From positions 63,056,001 through 63,120,000 of the forward strand of contig CM052817.1 of NCBI GenBank assembly GCA_028534125.1: a DNA stretch of 64,000 nucleotides. The letters are read 5' to 3'. A program made the translations under genes and the position numbers. Origin of the DNA: Lama glama. Taxonomy: Eukaryota. Below, piece after piece: positions 50,662 to 63,526 of this stretch. How positions within the stretch are numbered: position 1 is the stretch's first letter; each line of letters begins with the position of its first letter. Below the pieces are notes generated by a model that did not search any database, was not told where the DNA came from, and was given only the letters and a program-made list of their open reading frames with translations.

Positions 50662-52819
50662 GTGAGTCTTAGATACATTGTTAAAATAATGCTCTGAGCA
50701 GGGCTGCTGCATTGCACAACTTCAGGAGACACAGTCACATTGTTGCCTATGTAAATAACACTTCCTGGAGTTGTCCAGTTTACAGCATGCTTAACCATAC
50801 CTGGCAGCCTTAAGACTTCACTTTATGCTCCAAGTAACAGTTCCAATGAATTCATTTTAGAAACATGAAAACATCAAACAGGCTACTCCTCAGCTTCAGA
50901 GGCAGCTGATTTTCAAGATGATAGAGAAAAAAGTATATCATTGTGAAATTCAACATTTACATTGCAGACCATTAATGATAAGTTTAAGACTTTTTTTTTT
51001 TAAGTAACCATTCCTGCTGGGGGACATGAAGTGAAACTTCTGTGAATGATTTCATCTTGCTCTCCAATAAAGCTTTTAATTATGGATACCTTTTTAAAGT
51101 GCATTACATTAATTAGCCATTTGCTCTGCAGGCTGCTTTCCCAGGGTTCCTTCTTCCAGCTCCCTTGACTCTGTGGCAGGACCTGGCAGTTGCTACAGCA
51201 GGAATAAGAGTTCAGATGTTTGAAAACAGAATTCAATGATCTTTTGCCAACATGAAGGAGACAGATATGAGCATAAGGAAAAGAATGCATTGCTCTGCAA
51301 TACACTGCTTCATTTCTCAAACACAGAGGGAGGACAGAGAGGACTAAATTGCATTGGGCTGTTTCTCAGGCTTTAAATAGAAGTTTTCAAAGCAGTTCCA
51401 TTTTTTGGCACAATTCATCATTACTTTAATATTATTTGGATAGGAAACTGATTTAACTCAATTACCCTTAAGTGAATTCAAGGCATTTTAGACACGGAAA
51501 CAGGAAAGGAAGAGTAAGTAGCATGAGAGTTATTAAGGTTGAGGCAGAGAAGAAATGTTCCACCCACCCAGCTGCCCACTAGTACCATTACTTTTCCCAT
51601 CTATAATTACAGTCTATCCACAATTTTATTCCCTTCACAGAGACACATAATCTGACTTCGAAAATTATCTTTCTAAAGCCATAAGATACTGCAAAGCCTC
51701 ACAATTTCAAGAGCTGAAAATTCTAGACCTTTCTCCCCCAACTGTTTCCTCTTAACTATGATTTCAAAGCCCAATTTAGGAGCCTAAAAGTTTTGGTTTG
51801 GAAGTATTTTTTAGTAGCATCCTCCTTACATTACATAAGTATGAGTTTGTTACAGGAAATCTGGCTATAAACAAAACAAAACAAAACAAGGAAGGACTAG
51901 GAACCTGGGAAGACAAGACTATTGCAGGGGCCAAACTGATGTCAATTGGCTGTACTTGGTAAAGCAGTTAAGCATCTGCCTTGTGCAGTTCCTGGCAGCC
52001 ATCACCACTACTGTCAACTTCTCTCTTTTGCATCTTTCCATCCTACTTTCCCTACACATAGGGAAATATTTATAGTCATACATATAGGGCAATGTTTATA
52101 ATCAAGGCTTAACACAGCTAACTGTCTCCAAGATATAAGATCCACATCTCCTGGTTTCATATTGTGGAGATATCCTAGGTAATTTATTTCTTTACAACAT
52201 TGACTAAGTAAGCCTCAAATGTGTGAAGTACTTATCCAGATATCACTGTAGAACTCTGTACGGATGGGCATAACTCAGAAGGGGCACCCAGGTAGACTTT
52301 CACGATACATTTGTTTAAAATATATGCATTGCTAAATAAGATAAGAGAAAGAATATATATGAAGTACTTTTTCATTTCCCTAATGATTTCAATTTGTTCC
52401 ATTGCCAACATTGGTGATGGATTTTCTAGAAAATCTTGTTCAGTTTGAGACTGTCTCATTATTTTAAGCATAGATATCAGAACTGGACTATGTAAATGAC
52501 CCTGCACAGAAACAGAAGCAGAGAGAAGGCAAATGGACTGTGGTTCCAAAGAATGCTCCTCTAAGCTAGCTCTGGTGCTCAGATGTGCCCAGGAAGGGAA
52601 TACTTGTGCAGAGTCTGCTGGGCTGACTTTCCCTGGTGTTAGAACTCAGTTATTGAACATGGACTAATATTTTCCATTGTGCAATTTCATATTGTTTTGT
52701 TTTAATGTGCTTTGATCAGAGACAAACTATAGAATGTGCAAACCTTTTATCCAATAAATCTCTGCACTAGGCACAAGTATAGATAATAAGAGGAAAATGC
52801 CTTGCATGTGAAAAGTGGA

Positions 52820-53030
52820 ACATAGTTTACAGAGGGCTTATTACATATGATCATTTGCTTTGGTCCTGCAACAAATGTGTTAAGAATTATTAACTCCATT
52901 TTTTACACAAGGAAACTGAGTTTTAAAGAGGTCAAAAGATTGGCTCATAATCATACAACAAATAAGTGGCAGAATGGAGGCTCACATGCAAGGATTATAT
53001 TTCTAAACCCAGTGTTCACTTAACTCACTG
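52820..53030 (-). mobile_element. MIR SINE
   Basis: ttattaactccattttttacacaaggaaactgagttttaaagaggtcaaaagattggctcataatcatacaacaaataagtggcaga. Confidence 0.75.
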
Positions 53031-53679
53031 CATATCTTCATACCTATATGAAACTTAAAATAATTCTACATCATCATAAAGGCTTCCTAAAAATTTCCTA
53101 GTGACCCGAAAGAAGAGAGAGAACAGATATGCCATAAACTAGTTTACGATTTCCATGTTTTTCTGGGGAGCTCTTTTTGCATTTGATAGGAGCACACAGA
53201 ACTAGAGAAGAGCCATAGGACAGAGGACAATTCTCTAGAATCGAGAAATACAATTAGGCTAATTTGTTTTTAGAGCATCAAAATATATCTTGTTAACAAA
53301 GTGGCTGCTGAACAGAGGCTGTATTTATAGTGGTGACACACAAAGGCACACACAAATTGTGATTCACATAACTAAGTCTTTGTGGTCATTGGAGTATGTG
53401 AGGCAGTAAAGTAAAGTTCACTGACAAGTGCTGTTTGGTTTCTTTCTAGATTTCTCTACTTTCTGAGCTTCTTAGTGGTTTTGGCTCTACTGATAATTTT
53501 TAAATTATCTAACTACAGTTTTGAGATGTCTATTAATTATTATTTTGCCTTAAAATAGTATTAAAAAGATGTTTTGGGATATCTTATGTTCCTAAATGGT
53601 CATACACAAAAGATCCTCCTTTCTCATAAAATATTTCTTCTTTGTATAAAAAAAATTTCAATTAATCAATATTACTCTA

Positions 53680-53945
53680 CTCACATTTTAAATTCCAGTG
53701 CTCCAGTTCTCGTGAACAATCACCTAGGTCAATGACACCTATATCTGTATCTCCAGTGTTCACCTCCTTTCTGTCTATTTCTTTCTCACACTTTATGGTC
53801 TTTGATTTACCTCTGAAACATTTCTCAAGACTTTCCATATTGGCCTGCTTTCCTAACACCCCCTTTCTAACTTGAATAGCAGCAATCACCTACTTAGTGT
53901 CCCTGTTTCCATCTCTCTTTATTCCATTATAAAGATAGGACCTAT
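53680..53945 (+). mobile_element. L2 fragment, interrupted by the following LTR
   Basis: tttgatttacctctgaaacatttctcaag...aacttgaatagcagcaatcacctacttagtgtccctgtttccatctctc...atctttt, continuing as ctttctaaaatgtaaa after 54307. Confidence 0.55.
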
Positions 53946-53949
53946 CTTT

Positions 53950-54307
53950 TGTCAAAAATTAATAAACAGAAATCTCAAAAGAGTTGAAGGACCAAAGGGC
54001 CAGCTCTCATGCCCTATCACTTAGTAAAGCCGAACAGGGAGATGAAAATCTTCCTCTTCTTGCCTGGCAAGAGCTCAGCCAATGGGAGACCATCACAAAT
54101 CAGCCAGTGAAAAGTCACGGACTCTTTGTCTCCTATGGTCCTCCCACCTTCATTTCTCCCTTTATAAAAGAGTTCTCCTCATTTTTGCTGGGGGCTTGTA
54201 CGTGGCTTGCTGTGGTTGCAGACCTCAAATTGCAATTCTTTGCTGATCCTGAATAAACCCATTTTTGCTAAAGAAGTAATTGGCAGTCTCTTTGGTTTAT
54301 GTCAACA
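53950..54307 (+). mobile_element. Complete ERV1-type solo LTR (358 bp), laurasiatherian family not named
   Basis: TG...CA termini; exact TSD CTTT at 53946-53949 and 54308-54311; CCAAT at 54079-54083, TATAAAA at 54163-54169 and AATAAA at 54252-54257 in canonical LTR order. Confidence 0.88.
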
Positions 54308-54884
54308 CTTTCTAAAATGTAAACATAAGTACAACAAATACTCTTTTATTGAAATGTCTCAAAAATAATCTGAAAAGGGAAGGAATTTAAAATATAAAAA
54401 ATGTTTATGGGGTAATTTTAAATGAGTAAAAACACTGTATGCAGTGTTATAATAACTAGGTAAGTATTACGTGAGTATGTAGGGAGCAACACACAAATTT
54501 CTCACGAGTTGTATATATTGATGAAGATGCAAAAATATATTTCTGTATTATCTTTTCTATTTATTTTTGTGTAACTTTAAAATTAAATAATAAAAATACA
54601 TATCCAATAGCTGCATTGTGTTGCCTAGCATTCTTAGCCTAACTGCATCAACACAACACAAAATTCTTTCAAAGCCAAACTCAGCTTTACCCAGAGAAAA
54701 ACAAAAAATAACTGTATCTAGGCATACAAGATGATCCAACCTTTTAAAAATATACCTTGTTAATTTCTCTTCCTATACTTGGCACATAAAACCCATTTTT
54801 AATGCTTGTCTTTTACTTCTGTCCTAGATCCTGCCCAAATTTTCCAGGCAGTGAAGTTCTTTATCATTTATCTTTCTAATGCTC

Positions 54885-55380
54885 TGTTCAGTCATAAAAA
54901 AGAAGGAAATCCTACCATTTGCCATAACATAGATGGGCCTTGAGGGCATTATGCTAAGTTAAATAAGTCATCCAAAGAAATTCTGATAAATACTGTATAA
55001 TTTAACTTAAATGTGGAATCTTAAAAACACAAACAAGTTGTAGATACAGAGAACAAATTGGTGTTGCCAGAGGCCAGGGGTGGGGGTGAGGGAAATGGTT
55101 GAAGGGGGTGTAAAGGTACAAACTCCTAGGGATATAATGTACAGCATGGTGACGATAGTCAACAATACTGTATTTGTGTATTTGAAAGTTGCTAAGTGAG
55201 TAAGTCTGAAAAGTTTTCACTTTAAGAAAAAAATTTTAACTATATGAGGTGATGGATATTGACTAAACTTATTGTGGTAATCATTTCACAACATACACAG
55301 ATACCAAATTACTATGTTGTACATGTTGGCCTAATACAGTATTAAATGTCAGTTATAGTTCAATAAAACAGGGGTAAAAA
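54885..55380 (+). mobile_element. L1MA9-type 3' UTR, 5'-truncated
   Basis: aaggaaatcctaccatttgc...gagggcattatgctaagt...gtacagcatggtgacgatagtcaacaatactgtat...aaacttattgtggtaatcatttcacaa...tcaataaaacaggggtaaaaa. Confidence 0.9.
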
Positions 55381-58245
55381 GTGTTTGACATATTGGGCCC
55401 ATCACTGTACCTCCTTCAAATGAAGGATCTTAACTTCATTTTTGAATTTCTATTTTAACCTGTAAACGTCTCTAGAATACTTCCTCTCCTTCCAAATAAC
55501 CTCGCATCCCTCGTACCCCTAGACTCAATTTAAAGCTTAGCACCTAGACTGGAGCTGACACTGGCACTTTCTGCTGAAATGCTGTATTCCTTGAGACTTA
55601 AAATGGTCATAAGTCGAAACAGAAGCAACATCACTAGAAAAATAAAACAGAACCCAAGTTAAGTTGTGACTTATAATCCAGTCTAACGTGTAGAAGAGAT
55701 AACCTTGGGGAATCTTTTCATTTCCTATCATATAAAACAATTTTTAGGTCTCAGAAAGGTATCAGAGAACTACAGTGAAGACACATGAAAGCCAAGAATC
55801 CAATGAATAAACCCTAGGCATGTCAAGCTATAATGAAGAATATGGGTGTCCCTGGTGAAGGACTATTTTCTAAGTCGTTTTCAAATTTCTAAAGTGCTTA
55901 GTATAATGTCTGCCTCTTTGTATGTGCTCCCTGAATAGCATGCAGTATTGCAACTATTGCTGGGTGCCCATGGTACCTCATCAACTGCCTCCTCTGAACC
56001 TAACATAGTATTTCTTGAATCATTGCTTTGAGTTGCTCAATTTCAAACACTGATAAACTCAGTTCAAATTTTTATACAAGCCATCATCCTGTAACAGAAA
56101 CTCATCCTATAGAAAAATCCACCTTTTTGAAAGATAACTCTAGAGCTCATGCCCAACTTTATTCAGTATGTTCATCTGGATCGTCACTATTATTATTAGT
56201 CTCCTTAAGCTCACATGTTGTGATAATCAAACTGCAAGGTAAAGTTACAAAGTTTGATAACTGTACTCTGTTTATTATAATATCTTTTTTAAAAAAGAAA
56301 AACATAAGTTTTTGACTGAAAAGACTCAGTAAGAGTTAAAAACAGGAAACTCAGAATACATTAAGTAACCCTAACGAAGCATATTTTCAAAATATGAAAG
56401 AACTAGGTCTGGTTTGGAAATTAGTTATAAATGCATTATTAAGGATATTTAATAATCAACTCAGAGCTCTAATTATTGGCAAGTCCTTAATTAGCATGGG
56501 TCTCTCTTTTTTATGAAAAATGAATGAAATAAGGAATGATGGGTTAGATTGGTTAGATTAGAGTTTGTCTAGTTTTCCAAACAATATAGTTTTGGATCCT
56601 AAATGTTTGGATTCTGATCTTAAAAAGAAAATCAGGTTCCCAACTCTTAACTAAAGGTATGGAGAGGTCTTAAATATTTTCTATATGAAACTTCATGAAG
56701 AGAGCATTTAAATGACAATAAATTAACTATGCTAACGCACATGAAATTGGACTCGAAGTTTATGTTAATTGAAAGGTCTAGGAAGTACTTACTAATAGCC
56801 TTGCTTTGAACTTGATCACAACTACAGTAGTTTTAATTGTTTTTATTGTCAGGTTATTAACTCAATGTACGTTTAAAATACTGGTTAATTTCCTTCAACA
56901 TTAAATCATAGATTGTCCTTTTCCCCTCATTATGCATATAAACAAAGAACACATGTGAATATGAATGCAGAGAATGAGAATGAGCAAGAGAAAGAAAGTA
57001 AACAGGGAACTAAAATGATTTTCTAAACTCATTTGGCAACATTTGACTTATTTAACAGCAGGAACATTTTTACATCATCTTAGTCTTTATGTTTTCTCAG
57101 CCAGAAAATATGGCATAAGCCATATTCCTTGGAGGCTCCAAGACTAAATCACAAGAACTTAGCTGAATGACGGGCTTTCCTTTATGTGGTAGGTGATTCT
57201 GTCTTAAGCAGAACTCTACAGCTGTATCTTAGTGCCTCCATCCATAAGGGAAGGCCAATGCACTCTGTCACCTACTTGAAGTAGACAGAATCAATAAAGC
57301 ACATTTAGATCTCTATAAACTTAGGTAGTAGGATGATTTTACAGCACTTCCCTTTGCACACAATCTCTCAATAAGTGATAAGTTATTGCCATTCTGATAC
57401 ACATGCTGGCTGATAAAGCCACACTCTTTTTATCTTCCCAGTCTCCTTACTTCTCCTGTTCAAGCACTGTGTTATCATCACTTAGTTTCACACAGTTAAA
57501 GTCATCAGTGACCTATTACTTTCTTCATTTCCATGTGTTAATGTTACTTCAGCAACATCATCACTATCATATACCAAGTGCCTGCCTCATAAAAGGGTAT
57601 TTACAAATGACAGAATAAAATCGGTTGAGGTGGAATCCATTTTCCTCCCACACGTTCAGAAGCACAATTAACGGCTCCTCATAGAAAAATGTTTAATCAT
57701 CATGAGTCACAAAAAAAAATCCTCTTAAAGATGAGCCTATTTTTAAAAAGTAACATGGTAGACCTCCCTTTTCTACAACCAAGTATTAATTCCTCTTCCT
57801 CATACAAGCAGATTGATAGGACTATTCCTTTTTGAGAGACACATACCAGACACCTTTTAAATGAACAAGTTCTATGTACCCATATATTCCAGTGTACTTT
57901 TTTCCTTCCCACTTGTTCCTATAAGATGGAGGACCACTTCTCAGTTTAATCATACTGCTCTCCACAGTTTGTAAGAGCTATCTGACACAGGCTTTAAAAG
58001 CTAGAAATAAAGTACACACTTCTTTTAACAAAGTTCATTCCTTTAGGCAGAGCAGCAAAAGGACTGCAGGGCCACTTATTCCATTCTTTTTACCAGATGC
58101 CGCCCACACTTTGAATAGATACTCAGCTTTTCATGAGCAATGGCTATTCTTCAGATGCACAATCACATGAACTCCTAAGAGATTATTCAAAGAGTACATT
58201 GTGGGATATCAAGATAATTTAATTGGATCCACTGACTACCTGGTA

Positions 58246-58334
58246 TTTTTTTTAATTGAGTTATAGTCAGTTTTCTATGTGTCAACTTCTGGCGTACAGC
58301 ACAATTTTTTAGTTATACATGAATATACATATAT
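58246..58334 (-). mobile_element. Very short young L1 3' tail with a clear TSD
   Basis: T-run + aattgagttatagtcagttttctatgtgtcaacttctggcgtacagcacaat...atacatgaatatacatatat. Flanked by tgactacctggtattttt (58233-58250) and tgactatctggtattttt (58335-58352). Confidence 0.85.
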
Positions 58335-58609
58335 TGACTATCTGGTATTTTTAAACATTCCTGTTTTTCATGCCCAATTATCATAATTACCACAGAGCTT
58401 GGTTCTTTCTTCCCTTTTTAAACTATTGCTATATTAGACCTTGCATTCTTTCAGTGGAGCTTCACAAGAAGCCAGATCTTTCTAAATGCATTTATTCTAA
58501 CAACCTGAGAGGAAGAGGACCTAATGTAAATCTGCACAAGGACACAAAGTGTGCTGGGAGGATAATAAAATGACCACTTGAAAGAAAACCAAACACTTGT
58601 TCAGTGAGT

Positions 58610-58960
58610 GCACTTTAAAGGTGCAAAGGTCATGAAAGACAAGGAAAGGCTGAGGAACTGTTATAGACAAGAAGAGACTAAAAAGAAATCACAACTACAT
58701 GATCCTGGAACAAAATAAGGCCATCAATAGGAAAAATGAAGAAAGTCAAGTCAGGTCAATACATTAAGAGTTAATACTACGGTATCAATGTTATTTTTCT
58801 TTTCTTACCACTGTGCTGTGGTTATGTAAGACATTAAGATTAGAGGAAGAGAGTGAGGATGAGGAATATAAAGTATGCAGACTTTTTCTTTGTGTGTGCA
58901 GTGTTTCTGTATTTCTAACATTGGTTTAAATTTTAGAAGCATAAATAAATGAAATAAAAA
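58610..58960 (+). mobile_element. Old L1 (L1MC4/L1ME-like) 3' UTR
   Basis: aaggtcatgaaagacaaggaaaggctgaggaactgtt...gtatcaatgttatttttct...gtgctgtggttatgtaaga. Confidence 0.8.
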
Positions 58961-60228
58961 AAGTTGAACGCCTATGCACAAACCAAGGACATGTTCTAGA
59001 AGTTTTGTGTGAAGCCTAACTTTCAGGGAAAATAGAGAATCTGGAGAGAAATGATTAGGCAAATACATGCAAAATCAAGCTTCACTTTGTAGCAGAACCA
59101 CTTAAATGAATCATCTAACCAGTTCTGGAGAAACAGCAGAATCAAGGGCTAGGCCTAGAAGGCAGAGGGCAGAGAACCATGATTCTTCACTCTCTTCTCC
59201 AGAATTCTCCGCAACAGAGGAAAGCATGCAAGCTTGAGTAAGCAGCAAGCCACTTGCTGCCTTTCTGTTAGAGCTTCTCCTCCCTCCACTCCCTTTACTT
59301 GGTGCGTCTTAAAAGCAAAAATGCGCACTTGGTCATTGTGACAAGAGTGTTTTTCATTAGGAGGATCTGAAACACCTAAAATATTAACTGTTATGGAGAT
59401 AAAAAGTACTCCACTTTTAGAATCCCACCTATGACATCAAGGTAAAAAACATCCAGAAATTCACACAAATTCTTCTGCGCAGTGATGCCCTAAAGTGAAC
59501 AGAAAGACTTTGAATATCCTTATTTAGGAGTGATAAAATGTGAGTACCTATTCTTAGAAAACTTTCGGTTGTTTATAGCATATTGAGTTTGTTTAGCATT
59601 GTAGATTTCTAGTGTTTTGATATATAGTGTGTTATCATGAGATCCTTATTTTCATATGAAAAAAGTGAAATTTCACAAGGTTTGTTAATTGCATAATCTA
59701 CATATGGCAGCAACTGACATTTGGCTTGAGCGCAGAGGAGCTCCAAAGGCATGGAAACAAATAGCCTGTGCCCCTGGGAGGGAGGAGGCTGATACGAAGC
59801 TCTGGGCTGACTATCATGCAGGAATGCAGGCCTGATGTGATCATACCTGCCTGGTTTTCAAGAGGAAATCAAATTTCATCAAGTAAAATTTTACCAACAA
59901 CTGAGTGTCTTATTTCTACTCCATTTCAGTTGGTAATGGCATTTCTGAAATAAATATTTCTAGACACAATACTACATTAATTTCCTCATCAGCTCTCACT
60001 TGAAGACTAAAAGAGATGAATGTGTGGCTATATTACTATATCTGTTGTGAAATATAGGACATTTTACATCATGTAAATATTATGTGCTATTTCTTAATAT
60101 CTAAGGATGGCAAAAACTTAATTTTTTATAATAAAAGACCATACATGCCAAATTTTGTGGGTCAAACAAAACATCCAAGTTGCACCTTCTGCAAAAATCC
60201 TGGAGAATTTTTAAAGAGGAAGAAGGAA

Positions 60229-60249
60229 AACAACAACAACAACAACAAC
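60229..60249. repeat. (AAC)7 trinucleotide repeat
   Basis: Read directly from the sequence. Confidence 0.9.
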
Positions 60250-61074
60250 TCTGGAATAATTAATCTCTCAACTATGTCAGTGGTGTGCTACCAGGATCAA
60301 ATGAGAAAATGCATGTGGAAAGGGCTATATGATACAAAATGCTGTACAAAGATAAGAAATTATTATTACATTTGCATTTTAGTTTACTTTATGAAAAAAT
60401 GATGTTTGTCCTGGAACTTTTGTCCTGGCAGTTCATAAACTATCAGTATATTACCTCCAGCTGAGTAAAAGAGTACGGAGGATCCAAACATAGGGCTGAG
60501 GAGTCCCCTTCTAAGGTTCTGTGCCTCTTTGCTTACAAAAGTAAATACGAAGAAATGACATTAGTAGTAGTATTAAAAATGATGTTACTTATAGGAAATG
60601 AGTACAATGAAATAAATAAAACTGAATACCACAATCTAGCCTTCAAAACAGAGCTGATGAAGAAATTAACGTATACAATATGTAGGAACATATTTTCAAA
60701 AATAACCACTGTCAAATGTCAGAATGGAAATAATACAAGATGAATATTTTGCTCCACAAACTAGACAATTTGCTATGAGATAAAATTACTAACTCTACAT
60801 AATTCATATCACTTTTCAAATACATGGAAATACCAAAAAGCTAATGGACAAAATTAAACAAATGTATATGTGTCATTGCATTCCTTTACATGGCAAGAGT
60901 AAGAAATAGGGATTTATTTCACAGAGATCAACTTGGATAAATGGCCCTGGGACCAAACTACAGCCTCTCACAGCTTGTAAGACGTTTCATGATGAACTTC
61001 CCCCTTTTTCAACCCTTCCAAGAAAAGAGAATCTGAAGCAGGTTTTAACCCCCACTTGTTATGGAACTTTCCAC

Positions 61075-61205
61075 TCGGGCTTTAGAGCCAGACTGACTAG
61101 ATTCTGAGCTCTGTCATTTATTGCGAGACTGAGCAGGCTGTTTAATTTTCTTATTCTGTTTCCTAATATGCAAATGTTAGGTATCAAACGTACTTACCTC
61201 AGGTA
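61075..61205 (+). mobile_element. MIR SINE
   Basis: gggctttagagccagactgactagattctgagctctgtcatttatt...tgtttcctaatatgcaaatg. Confidence 0.65.
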
Positions 61206-61664
61206 ATGAATATCCAAAACTGACTCCAATTTATTAACAAAGAATATTTTTAGATTGTGTGCTCTCAAGTAACACAGCTATTTTCAAACAGAAAAAGAGA
61301 TTTTACTCTGCATTGCCTGCTGCTCTATGTTATTTTGACATTCAAGAAATATTCTCTGTGGGTTTTGATAGCACTCAAGAGAGATTTATTATTCTCTTCA
61401 CTTTATTTAGTTCTAGAAAGAGCCGATTTCATATATATATAAATTATACACTAAAAATCAAATATTAATAAATTATATATTTAACTCTCAATATCCCAAT
61501 GTGTTTTTTTCCACAACTTAATTATTATTCACAAATGGTCTCTGTTAACAAATTGGGATATATGTTAGATATTAATTGCAATATGTTTTAGCAGTTACTT
61601 GAGAATCTGACAGTGTGACAGGCACTGGGCTAGGCAGATCACACACAACATTGTATCAGTAAAA

Positions 61665-61895
61665 GAATAACAGTAGAAATTTTGGAGTAGGTATCCTGAA
61701 TTCATATCTTTACTCTGTTACCTCCTAGCTGAGTGACTCAGGGTAAATTACGTAACATCTCTGTGGCTCATTTTGCACAACTGTAACATGGATTCCATGT
61801 ACAGAGTTGTTAGAAGGATTAACTCAGTTAATTAGAGCTTTCAGATCAATGTTCGGCACCTAGGAAGCACAGAATTAGTGATTATTACTATTAAA
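61665..61895 (+). mobile_element. MIR SINE
   Basis: actctgttacctcctagctgagtgactcagggtaaattacgtaacatctctgtggctcattt...acagagttgttagaaggattaa. Confidence 0.75.
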
Positions 61896-61964
61896 TATTT
61901 TAATTGAGACTTTTGTTTGTCTTCCGAATCACTGTAGTAAGCCTTGCAGAAAAATTTGCAATGA

Positions 61965-62165
61965 GGAGACGTGAATTAGAATTCCAGATCCAAATTCTAA
62001 TATCTGTTGTGATCTTGGCTGAATCATTGAAGTTACTGAGCTTCAATGTACTTACCTGTAAAACATGAACAACAACATTTGACTAATGATCTACTATTAT
62101 GGTCAAATGGGATAATATAAGAAAAATTCCTTATAAGGTATAAAACCATAATGAAAATATAAGTA
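61965..62165 (+). mobile_element. MIR SINE, degenerate
   Basis: tgtgatcttggctgaatcattgaagttactgagcttcaatgtacttacctgtaaaa. Confidence 0.6.
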
Positions 62166-63363
62166 TCTTCTTACCTATAAACATAGAAAAATGAGTGTTT
62201 ATTATGTCTTGTCTTTTATAACATCTCCCTCAGTTTTCACCCTAACCCCACCCAATGGAGGATTTCAAAATTACAAACTCCAAATCACAATGATTTCTGT
62301 AGTGTTTGAGGACACAATGTACCTAGCAAGAAATATTTAAAGCAGCTGCTCTCTTGAAGAACTATAATTTGGAACATGTTCTCCTATGTACAAAAATCAA
62401 GTAATGATATGCATTTCCCAATTCACAGGAGAAAAAAATGACAGCATTTTCAAAAGATTGAGATTCTCTTTTGAATATTTTTTTCTTGTCTTTCCTTCTT
62501 ACTACTCTATCTGCTAGGGAACCTGTAAGTGACCAAATGAATTGTTGAGTATCATTTATTAATTAAAAGCCTAAGACTCAGCCGTCCATATTCTTTGGCA
62601 GCAAGTTTTCTGATTGATACATGTACTCGTGGTTCACTTTTATACTGTGTTGATAAAATGTCATTTTTTTCTTGCTATTTAATGGTTATGACACTGAGTG
62701 GAAATGTTTCAGGCTAAAACATTCTCCAAGGAGAATCACTTACGTGTTGTTTCCCACACTAGGCAGAAGAATTTTTTCAGTAATTAGGTAGGATTTTACA
62801 AATCCAAGTAGAGATTTTTGAAAATAACTGAAGACATTCTTTCTTTGGGATGGAAAACTTTCAAATGACTGTAAAGTGAAGCATATAGTTTAAAATTTAA
62901 TTTTTTTCCAGCAACTCTGTAAACCATATGGTGGTCTGATTTTTAGAAAGCTTAGTCACTAAATTACTAGTGGGAATTCTTCACCAGATATGACTAATAA
63001 AAATTTCCTCTTATTCTTGCAGTAGAGAAGAGAAAATTCTGACAATAAGTCAGAATATTTCTGAAAGTCATTTCAGTGGAGACCTGTGATTGAATGGTGT
63101 TTTGCAATATATGTAATTCTTCTAAATCTTTCTCACCGTGTATTCCTGAAAGTAGAAAAACATGTTCTTTGGATGCTATGGGCTGATAAAGCATGAAATT
63201 TCTTTGAAGTTTTGTCTCACTTTTTAATATTTATGTGAATTTTTTCATTGTGTTCTTTAATAATGGTGAATCCCCTTCAGAAGAAAAAATCATATTAAAA
63301 AATAAAAACAGTAAATTTAAAAGTAATGTATACCAGGGAAGATTTCATGTTTATCATGATTCA

Positions 63364-63526
63364 TCATAGTGTTTCAAATTTTAATGACCATACAAATCTC
63401 CTAGATACCTTGTTAAGATACAGATTCAAACTCAATAGTCTTGAGGAGGGCCTGATTCTGCATTTCTGTAGGCTCCAACGTGAAGAGATGCTGCTGGTAC
63501 CCAACCATATTCTGAGTAGCAAAGTT
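63364..63526. mobile_element. MER5A-like hAT-Charlie DNA transposon fossil
   Basis: gtttcaaattttaatg...aatctcctagataccttgttaagatacagatt...gggcctgattctgcatttct...gatgctgctggt...attctgagtagcaaag. Confidence 0.75.

Noticed and set aside
59242..59260. Hairpin gcagcaag-cca-cttgctgc followed by a few Ts (terminator-like)
   Set aside because: An 8-bp stem is expected by chance in 64 kb, and intrinsic terminators are not relevant in this mammalian context.
61190..62062. Strong minus-strand donors (ag|gtaagt) at ~61195 and ~62055
   Set aside because: Both lie within MIR elements and have no plausible paired exon.
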